Below, piece by piece: positions 9,690-17,619 of a DNA stretch of 25,879 bases. The notes under the pieces are model-generated. The model saw only the letters and a program-made list of their open reading frames with translations. It had not been told where the DNA came from and did no database searches. Numbering within the stretch: the stretch's first letter is position 1; each line of letters opens with the position of its first letter. A program made the translations under genes and the position numbers. Source of the stretch: Polyangiales bacterium (GTDB lineage Bacteria; Myxococcota_A; Polyangia; Polyangiales; JADJQN01); NCBI GenBank assembly GCA_964202905.1, contig CAXNJO010000019.1, positions 1 to 25,879 of the forward strand, in the 5' to 3' direction.

Positions 9690-10556
9690 ATGGGCTGCCT
9701 CGACGGGAAAGTGGCCGTGATCACCGGGGGCGGTCGCGGCATCGGTCGTGCTACCGCGCGCGCGCTCGCCGCCGAGGGCGCGCGCGTGGTCGTCTGCGAC
9801 AACGGCGTGACCGTCGCGGGGGAGGTCGAGGGAGAAGGCGCCGACGCGGGGGTCGCCGAGGCGGTCGCTCGCGAGGTGCGTGCGGCCGGCGGTCAAGCCG
9901 TCGCGTGCACGGAGAGCGTGGCGGCGTCGGGCGGGGCCGGGCGCATCGTCGCGGCCGCGATGGATGCCTTCGGGCGGCTCGACGCCGTGGTCGGCAGCGC
10001 CGGGATCGTGCGCGAATCGGTGCTGCTGAAGCTCGACGACCGCGACCTCGACGCGCTGCTCGACGTCCACGTGCGCGGCGCGTTCGCGCTCACGCGCGCG
10101 GCCGCCCGCGCGATGGTCGATGGCGGCCGCGGCGGCGCGATCGTGCACCTCACCGGGCCGGCCGCGTACTTCGGCAACGCGCGCCAGACGGCGCTCAGCG
10201 CGGTCGGCGGCGCCGTGATCGGCCTCGTCCGCGCCTCGGCCATCGAGCTCCGCCGCCACGACATCCGTGTCAACGCCATCGCCGCGACCGCGCGCACGCG
10301 GGCCACCGAGGCCCTGCCGATGTTCGCGGGGATCCGCAAGGACTCCATGTCGCCGGAGCACGTCGCGGCGGTCGCGGCGTTCCTCTGCTCGGAGCTCGCG
10401 CGGGACGTCAATGGGGAGGTCCTCGGCGTTGCCGGCGGGCGCTGCTACGCGCTGCGGGTGCGCGAAACGACGGGCGCCTTCTCGGCGGCCGGGCGGCCGT
10501 TCGAGCCGGAGGCGCTCCTCGCGGCCCTGCGCGACATCACGCGCGCGGGCGCCTAA
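9690..10556 (+). CDS. SDR-family NAD(P)-binding oxidoreductase homologue with degenerate catalytic residues
   Basis: LDGKVAVITGGGRGIG Rossmann motif, FGRLD, IRVNAI. NNAG reads GSAG and the YxxxK position reads LSAVG. Start ATG 9690 lies within the 8097..10556 ORF. Confidence 0.92.
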   Translation: MGCLDGKVAVITGGGRGIGRATARALAAEGARVVVCDNGVTVAGEVEGEGADAGVAEAVAREVRAAGGQAVACTESVAASGGAGRIVAAAMDAFGRLDAVVGSAGIVRESVLLKLDDRDLDALLDVHVRGAFALTRAAARAMVDGGRGGAIVHLTGPAAYFGNARQTALSAVGGAVIGLVRASAIELRRHDIRVNAIAATARTRATEALPMFAGIRKDSMSPEHVAAVAAFLCSELARDVNGEVLGVAGGRCYALRVRETTGAFSAAGRPFEPEALLAALRDITRAGA

Positions 10557-10655
10557 ACGCCGCAGGGGGTCCCAGCGGCCCGGCGCACGCGGCCTCCCGC
10601 CGACGGTCCCCCTCCTCGAGGGCGGCCTCGTGACACCGCCCGTCGCGCCCGCGCC

Positions 10656-10835
10656 TCAGCGCATCAAGTCGATGATCACGACCCCGCGCTCCCCGCGGGA
10701 GGCGTCGTCCTCCACGCCGGAGCGGCGGGGTGCGTCGTACATCGGGAGCGGAAGCTCCAGCAGCGGCCGATCATCACGGCGCCGCTCGTCTTCTTCACGC
10801 TGTCGGATCTGCTCGATGATGAAGGGAGGCAGCAT
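10656..10835 (-). CDS. Small 59-aa charged hypothetical protein (MLPPFIIEQIRQREEDERRR...RGVVIIDLMR)
   Basis: ATG at 10835 preceded by AGGAG SD; GC3-biased codons; sigma54-type promoter upstream on the same strand. Confidence 0.75.
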   Translation of the reverse strand: MLPPFIIEQIRQREEDERRRDDRPLLELPLPMYDAPRRSGVEDDASRGERGVVIIDLMR

Positions 10836-11006
10836 GGCGTCCACTCCTGGTCGTGAGGGCCCGGATGAGCGGGAGTCGCGGGCGAGGCGGGTGCGGCGGA
10901 CAGTCTGCTGCGTTGGAAACGTGGGATCAGGGCGGAGCGGAGCGGGGCAGGACGGGAGCGCGGAGGAGGCGACCGGTTGGACGGGCGACGACCCGGAAAT
11001 CTTTAT

Positions 11007-11022
11007 AGCAATCGAAGTGCCA
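11007..11022 (-). promoter_or_regulatory. Sigma54 (RpoN) -24/-12 promoter
   Basis: Minus strand TGGCACTTCGATTGCT = TGGCAC-N5-TTGCT with exact GG-N10-GC spacing, followed by AT-rich ATAAAGATTT, in an otherwise very GC-rich intergenic region. Confidence 0.8.
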
Positions 11023-11194
11023 CTGACAAGACCGGGACCGGCGCGGACATGTCCGGCCGCGAGACGAATGCCATGGGCGGCCCCGGCGCCGCGCGCAGCA
11101 GAGTCGCCGCGAAAGGCCTGCACCGTCCAGAGATCGGCGTGTGGCTGCTATCCTTCGGCCCGGATCCGGCCTTGAACCCGCGAGCGACCTGCCC

Positions 11195-12448
11195 ATGAGC
11201 CCCCCCGCGATCGCCCTCGCCCTCGCCGCGCTCCTCGCGTGCTGCGCCACGGCGAACCGCGCCCGCGCCGACGCCGACTACGATCCCGCGAGCGACGCGT
11301 GGAACGGCCTGTCGGGGCTGGTGCAGGCGGGCCGCGACATCGGTGTCCGGATCGAAACCCCGGCGCGCCTCGACGTCGGCACCCTCGCGGCGAGCGACGC
11401 GCTCCTGGTCGTCTACCCGACGGGCCCGCTCCCGGTCGAGGCGCTGAGCGGCTTCCTCAAGGCCGGGGGGCGCGTGGCGCTCGCGGACGACTACGGCACG
11501 GGCGCGGCGCTCCTCGGGGCGTACCAGATCACGCGGCGCACCCCCGACCCGGGAAGCGGCCTGCGACTCCGGGGCAACGACGCGCTGCTCGTCGCGCGGC
11601 CGGGCGGCCCGCACCCGCTCAGCGAGGGCGTCGGCGCCCTCGTCGCGAACCACCCGGAAGAGGTGCGGCACCGCGACCTCGAGCCGATCTTCGCCTTCGA
11701 CCGCTCCGGCAGCGCGCTCGTGCTCGCGGGCGCCGTCGGCGCGGGCCGCCTCGTCACGCTCGGTGACCCGAGCGTGCTCATCAACAACATGCTGCAATTC
11801 CGCGGCAACCGGCGCTTCGCGACGAACCTCGTCCGCTACCTGACGAGCGGGCGCAGCGGGCGGCTCGTCGTGGTCGGTGGCGCGACGCCGCTCGTCGGCC
11901 GTTTCGGTGAGGTCGGGGCCGATCGGCCGCTGCACGACCTGCGCCGCGCCCTCGAGAAGGTCGCGCGCGCCTCGCTGCCGCCGCCCGCCCTGCGGCTCGC
12001 GGCGGCGACGATCTGCGCGGTCCTGCTCGTCTTCGCGGCGAGCGCGCTCCCGCGGCGCTCCCCCTACGATGGCGCGGCCATGTTCGCGCGCGCGGCCCAC
12101 GCGGGCGGACTCGCGGGGCGCATCGCACATTTCCGCGACGCCGGCGGCGACCTCACCGTGCCCGCGCTCGTCTACAAAGCGGAGCTCGAGGCCGAGATCG
12201 TCCGCCGCCTCGGGCTCACGGGGCTCGCTGTGCTCCGCGACGTGCTCGCGGGGCTGCGGGCCCGAGGCGCGACGCAGGCACAGGTCGAGGCGGCGCGCGC
12301 GCTCCTGCTCGAGTTGGACGCGCTGCAGCAGCGGCACGACCGCCCGCCCACGCCGCCCCGCGTGACGGCGGTGCGTTTCGGGGACATGGTGCGGCGCGGC
12401 GAGCGGCTGCTCGCGCTGCTCTCCGACAGGACGGTACCGGCGCGATGA
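11195..12448 (+). CDS. DUF4350-like exported/membrane protein of a MoxR operon
   Basis: Signal peptide from ATG 11195; DYDPASDAWNGLSGL, FLKAGGRVALADD, GAGRLVTLGDPSVLINNML (glutamine-amidotransferase-like DUF4350 pattern); TM helix; ATGA overlap with moxR. Confidence 0.8.
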   Translation: MSPPAIALALAALLACCATANRARADADYDPASDAWNGLSGLVQAGRDIGVRIETPARLDVGTLAASDALLVVYPTGPLPVEALSGFLKAGGRVALADDYGTGAALLGAYQITRRTPDPGSGLRLRGNDALLVARPGGPHPLSEGVGALVANHPEEVRHRDLEPIFAFDRSGSALVLAGAVGAGRLVTLGDPSVLINNMLQFRGNRRFATNLVRYLTSGRSGRLVVVGGATPLVGRFGEVGADRPLHDLRRALEKVARASLPPPALRLAAATICAVLLVFAASALPRRSPYDGAAMFARAAHAGGLAGRIAHFRDAGGDLTVPALVYKAELEAEIVRRLGLTGLAVLRDVLAGLRARGATQAQVEAARALLLELDALQQRHDRPPTPPRVTAVRFGDMVRRGERLLALLSDRTVPAR

Positions 12449-13413
12449 CCGAACAGCGTATCAGCGAAGACGTCCTCGCCCGGGTCGCGCAGCGCGCCGC
12501 GCAGGTCGTGGACGAGGTCCAGCGGGTCTACGTCGGGCCGCGCGAGATCCCCGAGCTGCTCTTCGTCACGCTGCTCGCCCGCGGCCACGCGCTGCTCGAG
12601 GGCGTGCCGGGGGTCGCGAAGACGACGCTCTGCAAGTCGTTCGCGGCCACGCTCGGCTGCTCGTTCAAGCGGATCCAGTTCACGCCGGACCTGCTCCCCG
12701 CCGACATCACGGGCACGTACGTGCTCTCGCCGCGTGAGGGGACCTTCCAGCTGCGCGAGGGCCCCGTCTTCGCGAACGTCGTCCTCGGCGACGAGATCAA
12801 CCGCGCCCCGGCCAAGACGCAGAGCGCGCTGCTCGAGGCGATGCAGGAGCAGCAGACGACGATCGAGGGCGACACGCGCGCCCTGCCCTCGCCGTTCATC
12901 GTGCTCGCGACGCAGAACCCCGTGGAGCAGGCCGGCACCTACCCGTTGCCGGAGGCGCAGATCGACCGCTTCCTCGTGCGGCTCGTCATCGGCTACCCGA
13001 CGCCGCGCGACGAGAAGGGCATCCTGCGCCGCTTCACCCGGCCCGCGGAGCCGCCACAGCGCGTGCTCGACCCGCACGAGATCCTCGCGATGCAGGCGCT
13101 CGTCGAGGCCGTGCACGTCGAAGAGGATCTGCTCGACTACGTCGTGCGCATCGCGACGTTCACGCGGCAGCACGCGCGGCTCTATCTCGGCGCCTCGCCC
13201 CGGGCCTCGCTCGCGCTCGTGCAGGCCGCCCGGGCGCGCGCGCTCACGGCCGGGCGCGGCTTCGTGATCCCGGACGACGTGAAGGCGCTCGCGGGCCACG
13301 TCCTCGCGCACCGCCTGATGCTCACGCCCGAGGCCGAGATGGAGGGCGCTCAGCGCGACGCGCTCGTGCGGCAGGCGCTCGAGCAGGTGCCGTTCCGGCG
13401 CGAGGCGAGGTAG
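12445..13413 (+). CDS. moxR: MoxR-family AAA+ ATPase
   Basis: GHALLEGVPGVAKTT (Walker A), RIQFTPDLLPADITG, DEINRAPAKTQSALLEAMQE, ATQNPVEQAGTYPLPEAQIDRF, GASPRAS. Confidence 0.96.
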   Translation: MTEQRISEDVLARVAQRAAQVVDEVQRVYVGPREIPELLFVTLLARGHALLEGVPGVAKTTLCKSFAATLGCSFKRIQFTPDLLPADITGTYVLSPREGTFQLREGPVFANVVLGDEINRAPAKTQSALLEAMQEQQTTIEGDTRALPSPFIVLATQNPVEQAGTYPLPEAQIDRFLVRLVIGYPTPRDEKGILRRFTRPAEPPQRVLDPHEILAMQALVEAVHVEEDLLDYVVRIATFTRQHARLYLGASPRASLALVQAARARALTAGRGFVIPDDVKALAGHVLAHRLMLTPEAEMEGAQRDALVRQALEQVPFRREAR

Positions 13414-13417
13414 CGCG

Positions 13418-15055
13418 ATGCTCCCGATGCCGACCCGCGCGGCGCAGGCGGCGTTCGTGGGGTGCGCGCTCATGCTCGCGGTCGCCCTCGTCACGGCCTC
13501 GTCACCCGTGGCCGCGCTCGCGGGCGCGGGATTTGCGGCGCTCGCCCTCGCGCTCGCCGCGACGATGCCGCTCGGACGGCGCGTGCGGGGAGAGCGGCTC
13601 GAGTTCGCGTGGTGGCTCGGTCACGGCGAGCCCGGCACGTCGGGCGGCGCGGCGACGCCGGGCGCGCCCTTCCTCGTGCGCTGCTACGTGCGACACCGCG
13701 GGGACGATCCGATCCTGCTGTGCAGCCTGCGCCCGCTCGTGCCGGGCGGCGCGCGCGTGATCGACGCGGCCGACGTGCCGGACGCGCTCTACGTCGCCCC
13801 GCGGTCGCGCACCGAGTTCACGTTCACCCTGCTCGCGCCCGCGTGCGGTCGCGTCGTGCTGCACGGCCTCGCGGTGACGCTGCGCGGCCCGCTCGGGCTC
13901 TTCGAGGTTCCCCTGTACTTTCCGAATCCGCTCGCGATCAAGGTGTTGCCCGCGGCGGCTGCGAGCACGCGCGGCGCGACGCGGACGCTGACGGGACTCG
14001 CCGTCGAGCGCAGCGCGGCGACGCAACTGCGTCGGCAGGGCGGCGGCACGGAGCTGCGTGAGCTGCGCGACCTGCAGCCGGGCGACCCGTTCAAGTCGAT
14101 CGCGTGGCGGCAGAGCGCACGCGCCGGCAAGCTGCTCGTGCGCGAGGTGGAGCGCGAGGTGCAGGAAACGCGGTGCCTCGTGCTCGACGTGAGCGGCACG
14201 ATGCGCGGCGGCGCGCCGGGTCGTCGCAAACTCGACTTCGTGATCGAGGCGGCCGCCGCCGAGGCGCGGCGCGCGCTCGATGCGGGCGACCGCGTGGGGT
14301 TGTTCACGGTGGATGGACGGCTGCTCGCGCACGTCCCGCCGGGCGAGGGCGCCGCGCACATGATCCGCATCTACGACGCGCTCCTCGCGGCCACAGAAGT
14401 CGTGGACCACGACCTCACCGACCTCGATGACGACGAGCTGCTCGCGACCGTCGCGCGCTACGTGCGTCAGCAGGACGGCGTCGACTTCGCGGCGCCGGCG
14501 CGCCCGAGCGGTTGGGACGCCGAGGGGCTCTTCGCGCACGCGGCGCGCTCGCTCGAGGGTGAAGCAGGGCGCGGGGCTGCGCGCGCAGACGTCCACGCGC
14601 CGTCTCCGATCTCGGCCCTGCTGCGCCGCTTCTGCCGGGCGCGGGGCATCCCCCTGCCCTACCGCGCCGACCCGCGCGACGGCGCGAAGGCGCCGGGCCT
14701 CGCGGCCGCGCTGCGGGAGGCGGCCGGACGCACGCGCGCCCCGCGCACCCTCGTCGTGCTCACGGACTTCGACGGGCTGGGCGACCTCGATCCGCTCGTC
14801 GCGGCCGTCAAACTGGTCCGCTCGCACGGGCACGCGCTGCGCTTCGTCGCGCCCGACGCGCGGCACTTCGCCGAGGCTCCCGCGAATGACGTCGAGCGAG
14901 ACCTCGCGCTCACGTACGGCCGCGGCGAGGAGCGGAGGCTCCGCGAGGCGCGTCAGGTGTTCGGGCGGCTCGGCGCGCCCGTCTTCGTACCGGCCGCGGG
15001 CGAAGCCCCCGCGACGGCGATCGCGCGGGCCCGCGCGACGAGGAGGGCCGCGTGA
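13418..15055 (+). CDS. DUF58 domain membrane protein with vWA-like C-terminal part
   Basis: Two N-terminal TM helices; GGGTELRELRDLQPGDPFKSIAWRQSAR...LLVREVERE; MIDAS-like VLDVSGTM, GDRVGL, VVLTDF; directly after moxR. Confidence 0.9.
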   Translation: MLPMPTRAAQAAFVGCALMLAVALVTASSPVAALAGAGFAALALALAATMPLGRRVRGERLEFAWWLGHGEPGTSGGAATPGAPFLVRCYVRHRGDDPILLCSLRPLVPGGARVIDAADVPDALYVAPRSRTEFTFTLLAPACGRVVLHGLAVTLRGPLGLFEVPLYFPNPLAIKVLPAAAASTRGATRTLTGLAVERSAATQLRRQGGGTELRELRDLQPGDPFKSIAWRQSARAGKLLVREVEREVQETRCLVLDVSGTMRGGAPGRRKLDFVIEAAAAEARRALDAGDRVGLFTVDGRLLAHVPPGEGAAHMIRIYDALLAATEVVDHDLTDLDDDELLATVARYVRQQDGVDFAAPARPSGWDAEGLFAHAARSLEGEAGRGAARADVHAPSPISALLRRFCRARGIPLPYRADPRDGAKAPGLAAALREAAGRTRAPRTLVVLTDFDGLGDLDPLVAAVKLVRSHGHALRFVAPDARHFAEAPANDVERDLALTYGRGEERRLREARQVFGRLGAPVFVPAAGEAPATAIARARATRRAA

Positions 15056-15963
15056 ACCGCGACGATCCCGGCGACGACCGCGCGACGCCCCCCGACGCGG
15101 CGTCGGCCCCTGCGGATGCGGGCGTGCCGCGTTGGGAAGATCCGCGCCGCGTGCTCGCGCGGCACGGGCTGGCCCCCAAACGCTCGTTTTCACAGAACTT
15201 TCTGATCTCCGAAGCCGCTGTCGTGCGCATCGCCGAGGCCGTCGGACCCGCGCCGGGCGAGCCCGTGATCGAGCTCGGACCCGGGCTCGGCACGCTGACC
15301 GGCGCGCTGCTCCGGGCTGGCGCGGACGTGCTCGCGATCGAGCAGGACCGCGCGATGATCGCGGTGCTCGCCGCGGAGCTGCGCACCCCGCGCCTGCGCG
15401 TCGTCGAGGGCGACGCGGTCACGGTGGACTATGCGGCGCTCGCGGCGGGGCTCGGGGTCGCCCGCGTGGCCGTCGTGGGAAACCTCCCCTACGCCGTGAC
15501 GGGCGGCATCCTCCGCGGCCTGACCGAGGCGCGCACGCACGTGTCGCGCGCGGTCGTGATGGTGCAGCGGGAGGTGCGCGACCGCCTCCTCGCGGCGCCG
15601 GGCACGGGCGAGTACGGCGCGCTCACCGTGTTCGTGCAGGGCGCGTTCGCGGTCACGCCGGTCGTGAGCGTGCCGCCGGGCGCGTTCCACCCGGCGCCGA
15701 AGGTCGCGAGCGCCGTCGTGAAGCTCGTGCCGCTCGCGGTGCCCCGCGCGGCCGAGACGCCCGCGCTGCGCGCCGTCGTGCGCGCGGTCTTCGATGCGCG
15801 ACGCAAGACGCTGCGCAACGCCCTCGGGCGCGCGTTCGGGAGCGAGCGCGCCGCCGACGCCCTCGCCGCCCTCGACCTCGATCCGCAGCGGCGCGGCGAG
15901 ACGCTGGCCGTCGAGCAGTTCGCGGCGCTCGCGGAGCGCCTCGGCACGCCCGACACGCCCTGA
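15052..15963 (+). CDS. rsmA: 16S rRNA adenine dimethyltransferase RsmA/KsgA
   Basis: PKRSFSQNFL, IELGPGLGTLT, AIEQD, EGDA, VGNLPY, VMVQREV, YGALTV, FHPAPKVASAVV, RRKTLRNAL, RGETL; GTGA overlap with the DUF58 gene. Confidence 0.96.
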   Translation: MNRDDPGDDRATPPDAASAPADAGVPRWEDPRRVLARHGLAPKRSFSQNFLISEAAVVRIAEAVGPAPGEPVIELGPGLGTLTGALLRAGADVLAIEQDRAMIAVLAAELRTPRLRVVEGDAVTVDYAALAAGLGVARVAVVGNLPYAVTGGILRGLTEARTHVSRAVVMVQREVRDRLLAAPGTGEYGALTVFVQGAFAVTPVVSVPPGAFHPAPKVASAVVKLVPLAVPRAAETPALRAVVRAVFDARRKTLRNALGRAFGSERAADALAALDLDPQRRGETLAVEQFAALAERLGTPDTP

Positions 15964-15979
15964 GGGCCGTGGGCCAGAC

Positions 15980-16498
15980 TCAGGGGGCGAGCGCGGCGAT
16001 CGCGCCCGCCGAGAGGGCCGCGGCGCGACGCACGTCGGAGCGCGCGGCTGCGTCGGCAGCGAGGCGACGCGCCGCGTCGCGGGCCGGGGCGAGCGCCGCC
16101 GGGTCCGACTCGCGCCGCGAGAGCGCGTCGGGCGTGAGCGCCCGCGTGACGTCGAGCAGCGCGGCCGCCGCAGCAGGCGCGAGGTCGGGATCGCGCCCCG
16201 CGGCGAGCGCGAGCAGCGACGGCAGCGCGGCCTCGGGCGCAGCGAGGAACATCGCGGCGCGCGCACCGGCGAGGCGCTGCGCGGGCGTGCCGCCCGCGAG
16301 CGCAGCGAGGACGGCGTTGTCCCCGAGACGCGCGGCGAGGCGCGCGACGTCGAGCGGATCCGCGTCGAGCGCGGCCTCGAGCCCCGCCGCGCCGTCCGCC
16401 GTCCGCGCGGGGCCCCGCGGCTGCGCCCGCACGTCCGGTGCGCCACAGCGCGCGGCGAGCAGCAGCGCGAGACCCACGATCGCGGCGCGTCGACGCAC
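15980..16498 (-). CDS. Exported Ala-rich HEAT-repeat-like hypothetical protein
   Basis: From GTG 16498: RRRAAIVGLALLLAA signal-like segment, then helical repeats ALPSLLALAAGRDPDLAPAAAAAL and ARSDVRRAA; start chosen from the signal-peptide pattern and CATGCT 6 nt upstream. Confidence 0.65.
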   Translation of the reverse strand: MRRRAAIVGLALLLAARCGAPDVRAQPRGPARTADGAAGLEAALDADPLDVARLAARLGDNAVLAALAGGTPAQRLAGARAAMFLAAPEAALPSLLALAAGRDPDLAPAAAAALLDVTRALTPDALSRRESDPAALAPARDAARRLAADAAARSDVRRAAALSAGAIAALAP

Positions 16499-16715
16499 GC
16501 GGCGAGCATGACGCGCCCGCGCGTCGAAACGCAACGCGCGACGGCAGTCGCTGTCCGTGTGATCCGCGAGGTGGAGGCGGTGGGCGCAAGCCCGCGCATG
16601 CGGCACGCGACGCTCCGATCCGTGCATGACGGGAAGTGCCCGCGAATGCGCCGGTGCGGGGTGAGGGCCCTCGCGCGAAGGCCGCCGGGCTCGACGCGCG
16701 GCCGGGCGCGGCGAC

Positions 16716-16744
16716 TTGAAGATGCCGCACGCCCGCGATAAGGC
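16716..16744 (+). promoter_or_regulatory. Possible sigma70-type promoter for the HEAT/propeller operon
   Basis: TTGAAG - 17 nt - TAAGGC, then GGGAGG SD (16752-16757) and ATG 16765. Confidence 0.35.
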
Positions 16745-16764
16745 GGGCGTCGGGAGGCCTCTCC

Positions 16765-17617
16765 ATGACCGTTTCGATCTCGCGCTCGCACCGTGCGTCC
16801 GTGCTCGCCCTCGCCCTTGGACTCGCGCTGCTCGCCGTCCTCGCGACGCCCGCCGCCGCGCAACGCCGCGCACGCGCTGCACCAGCCGCTCCCGCCGCGC
16901 CGGCAGGCCCGGCGCTCGAGGCGCTCGTCGTGCAGCTCGAGTCCACCGACCCCGCCGCGATCCAGCAGGCGCTCGAGTCCCTCGGCCTGCGCGGCACGCC
17001 CGACGTCGTCGCGCCCATCGCCGCGCGCATCCGGCGCGGACTGCCGGTGGACCTCCTCGAACTCGCGGTCGACACGCTCACCATCACGGGGCAGGGAGGA
17101 AGCGGGCGCCGTGCTCGTCACGCTGACGACCCACCGCAACGCGGCGATCCGCGCGAAGGCCGCGCAGGGGGTCGCCTCGCTCAAGCCGCGCGGCGCGGCG
17201 CAGAGCCTCGCGCTCGCGCTCGGAGACGCCGACGCGCAGGTGCGCGCCGCCGCGGCCGTCGGCCTCGGTCAGCTCGGGGCGCGCGGCAGCGTCGATCGCC
17301 TCTTCCTCGCGCTCGAGCACGGCGTGCTCGAGGCCTCCACCTCGATCGGCCAGCTCGCATCCGCCGCGGAGATCACGCGCCTGCTCGGCTACCTCGGGCG
17401 GCTTGCCTTCGACGGCCTCTCGCCGGCGCTCGGGGAGATCCTCGCCCGCGCGGACGTGCCGGAGCGCAGCAAGCTCGACGTCGTCGCGCGGCTCGCCGAG
17501 CTCGCGACGAGCGGGGCGAAGATGTTCCTCCAAGACTACGTCGCCGCCCTGCCCCCGGGCGCAGGCGGCGCAGTGCGGCGCGCGGCCGAAGACGCCGCGA
17601 TGCGGATCGTGGACTGA
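16765..17617 (+). CDS. Exported HEAT-repeat protein; +1 frameshift at GGGG 17088-17091
   Basis: Signal peptide ...LAVLATPAAA-Q and HEAT repeat QLESTDPAAIQQALESLG in frame 16765; continues as GREEAGAVLVTLTTHRNAAIRAKAA...LGDADAQVRAAAAVGLGQLG in the next frame to TGA 17617. Confidence 0.82.
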
Positions 17618-17619
17618 CC

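Noticed and set aside
11044..11055. 12-bp palindrome cggacatgtccg upstream of the sigma54 promoter as a bEBP site
   Set aside because: Single copy and closer (about -50 to -60) than typical enhancer sites; insufficient support without conservation data.
16520..16700. Riboswitch or ncRNA in the divergent intergenic region (gggc-gcaa-gccc GNRA hairpin)
   Set aside because: Only a 4-5-bp hairpin; lacks c-di-GMP-I or other recognisable consensus; such stems are common by chance at this GC content.
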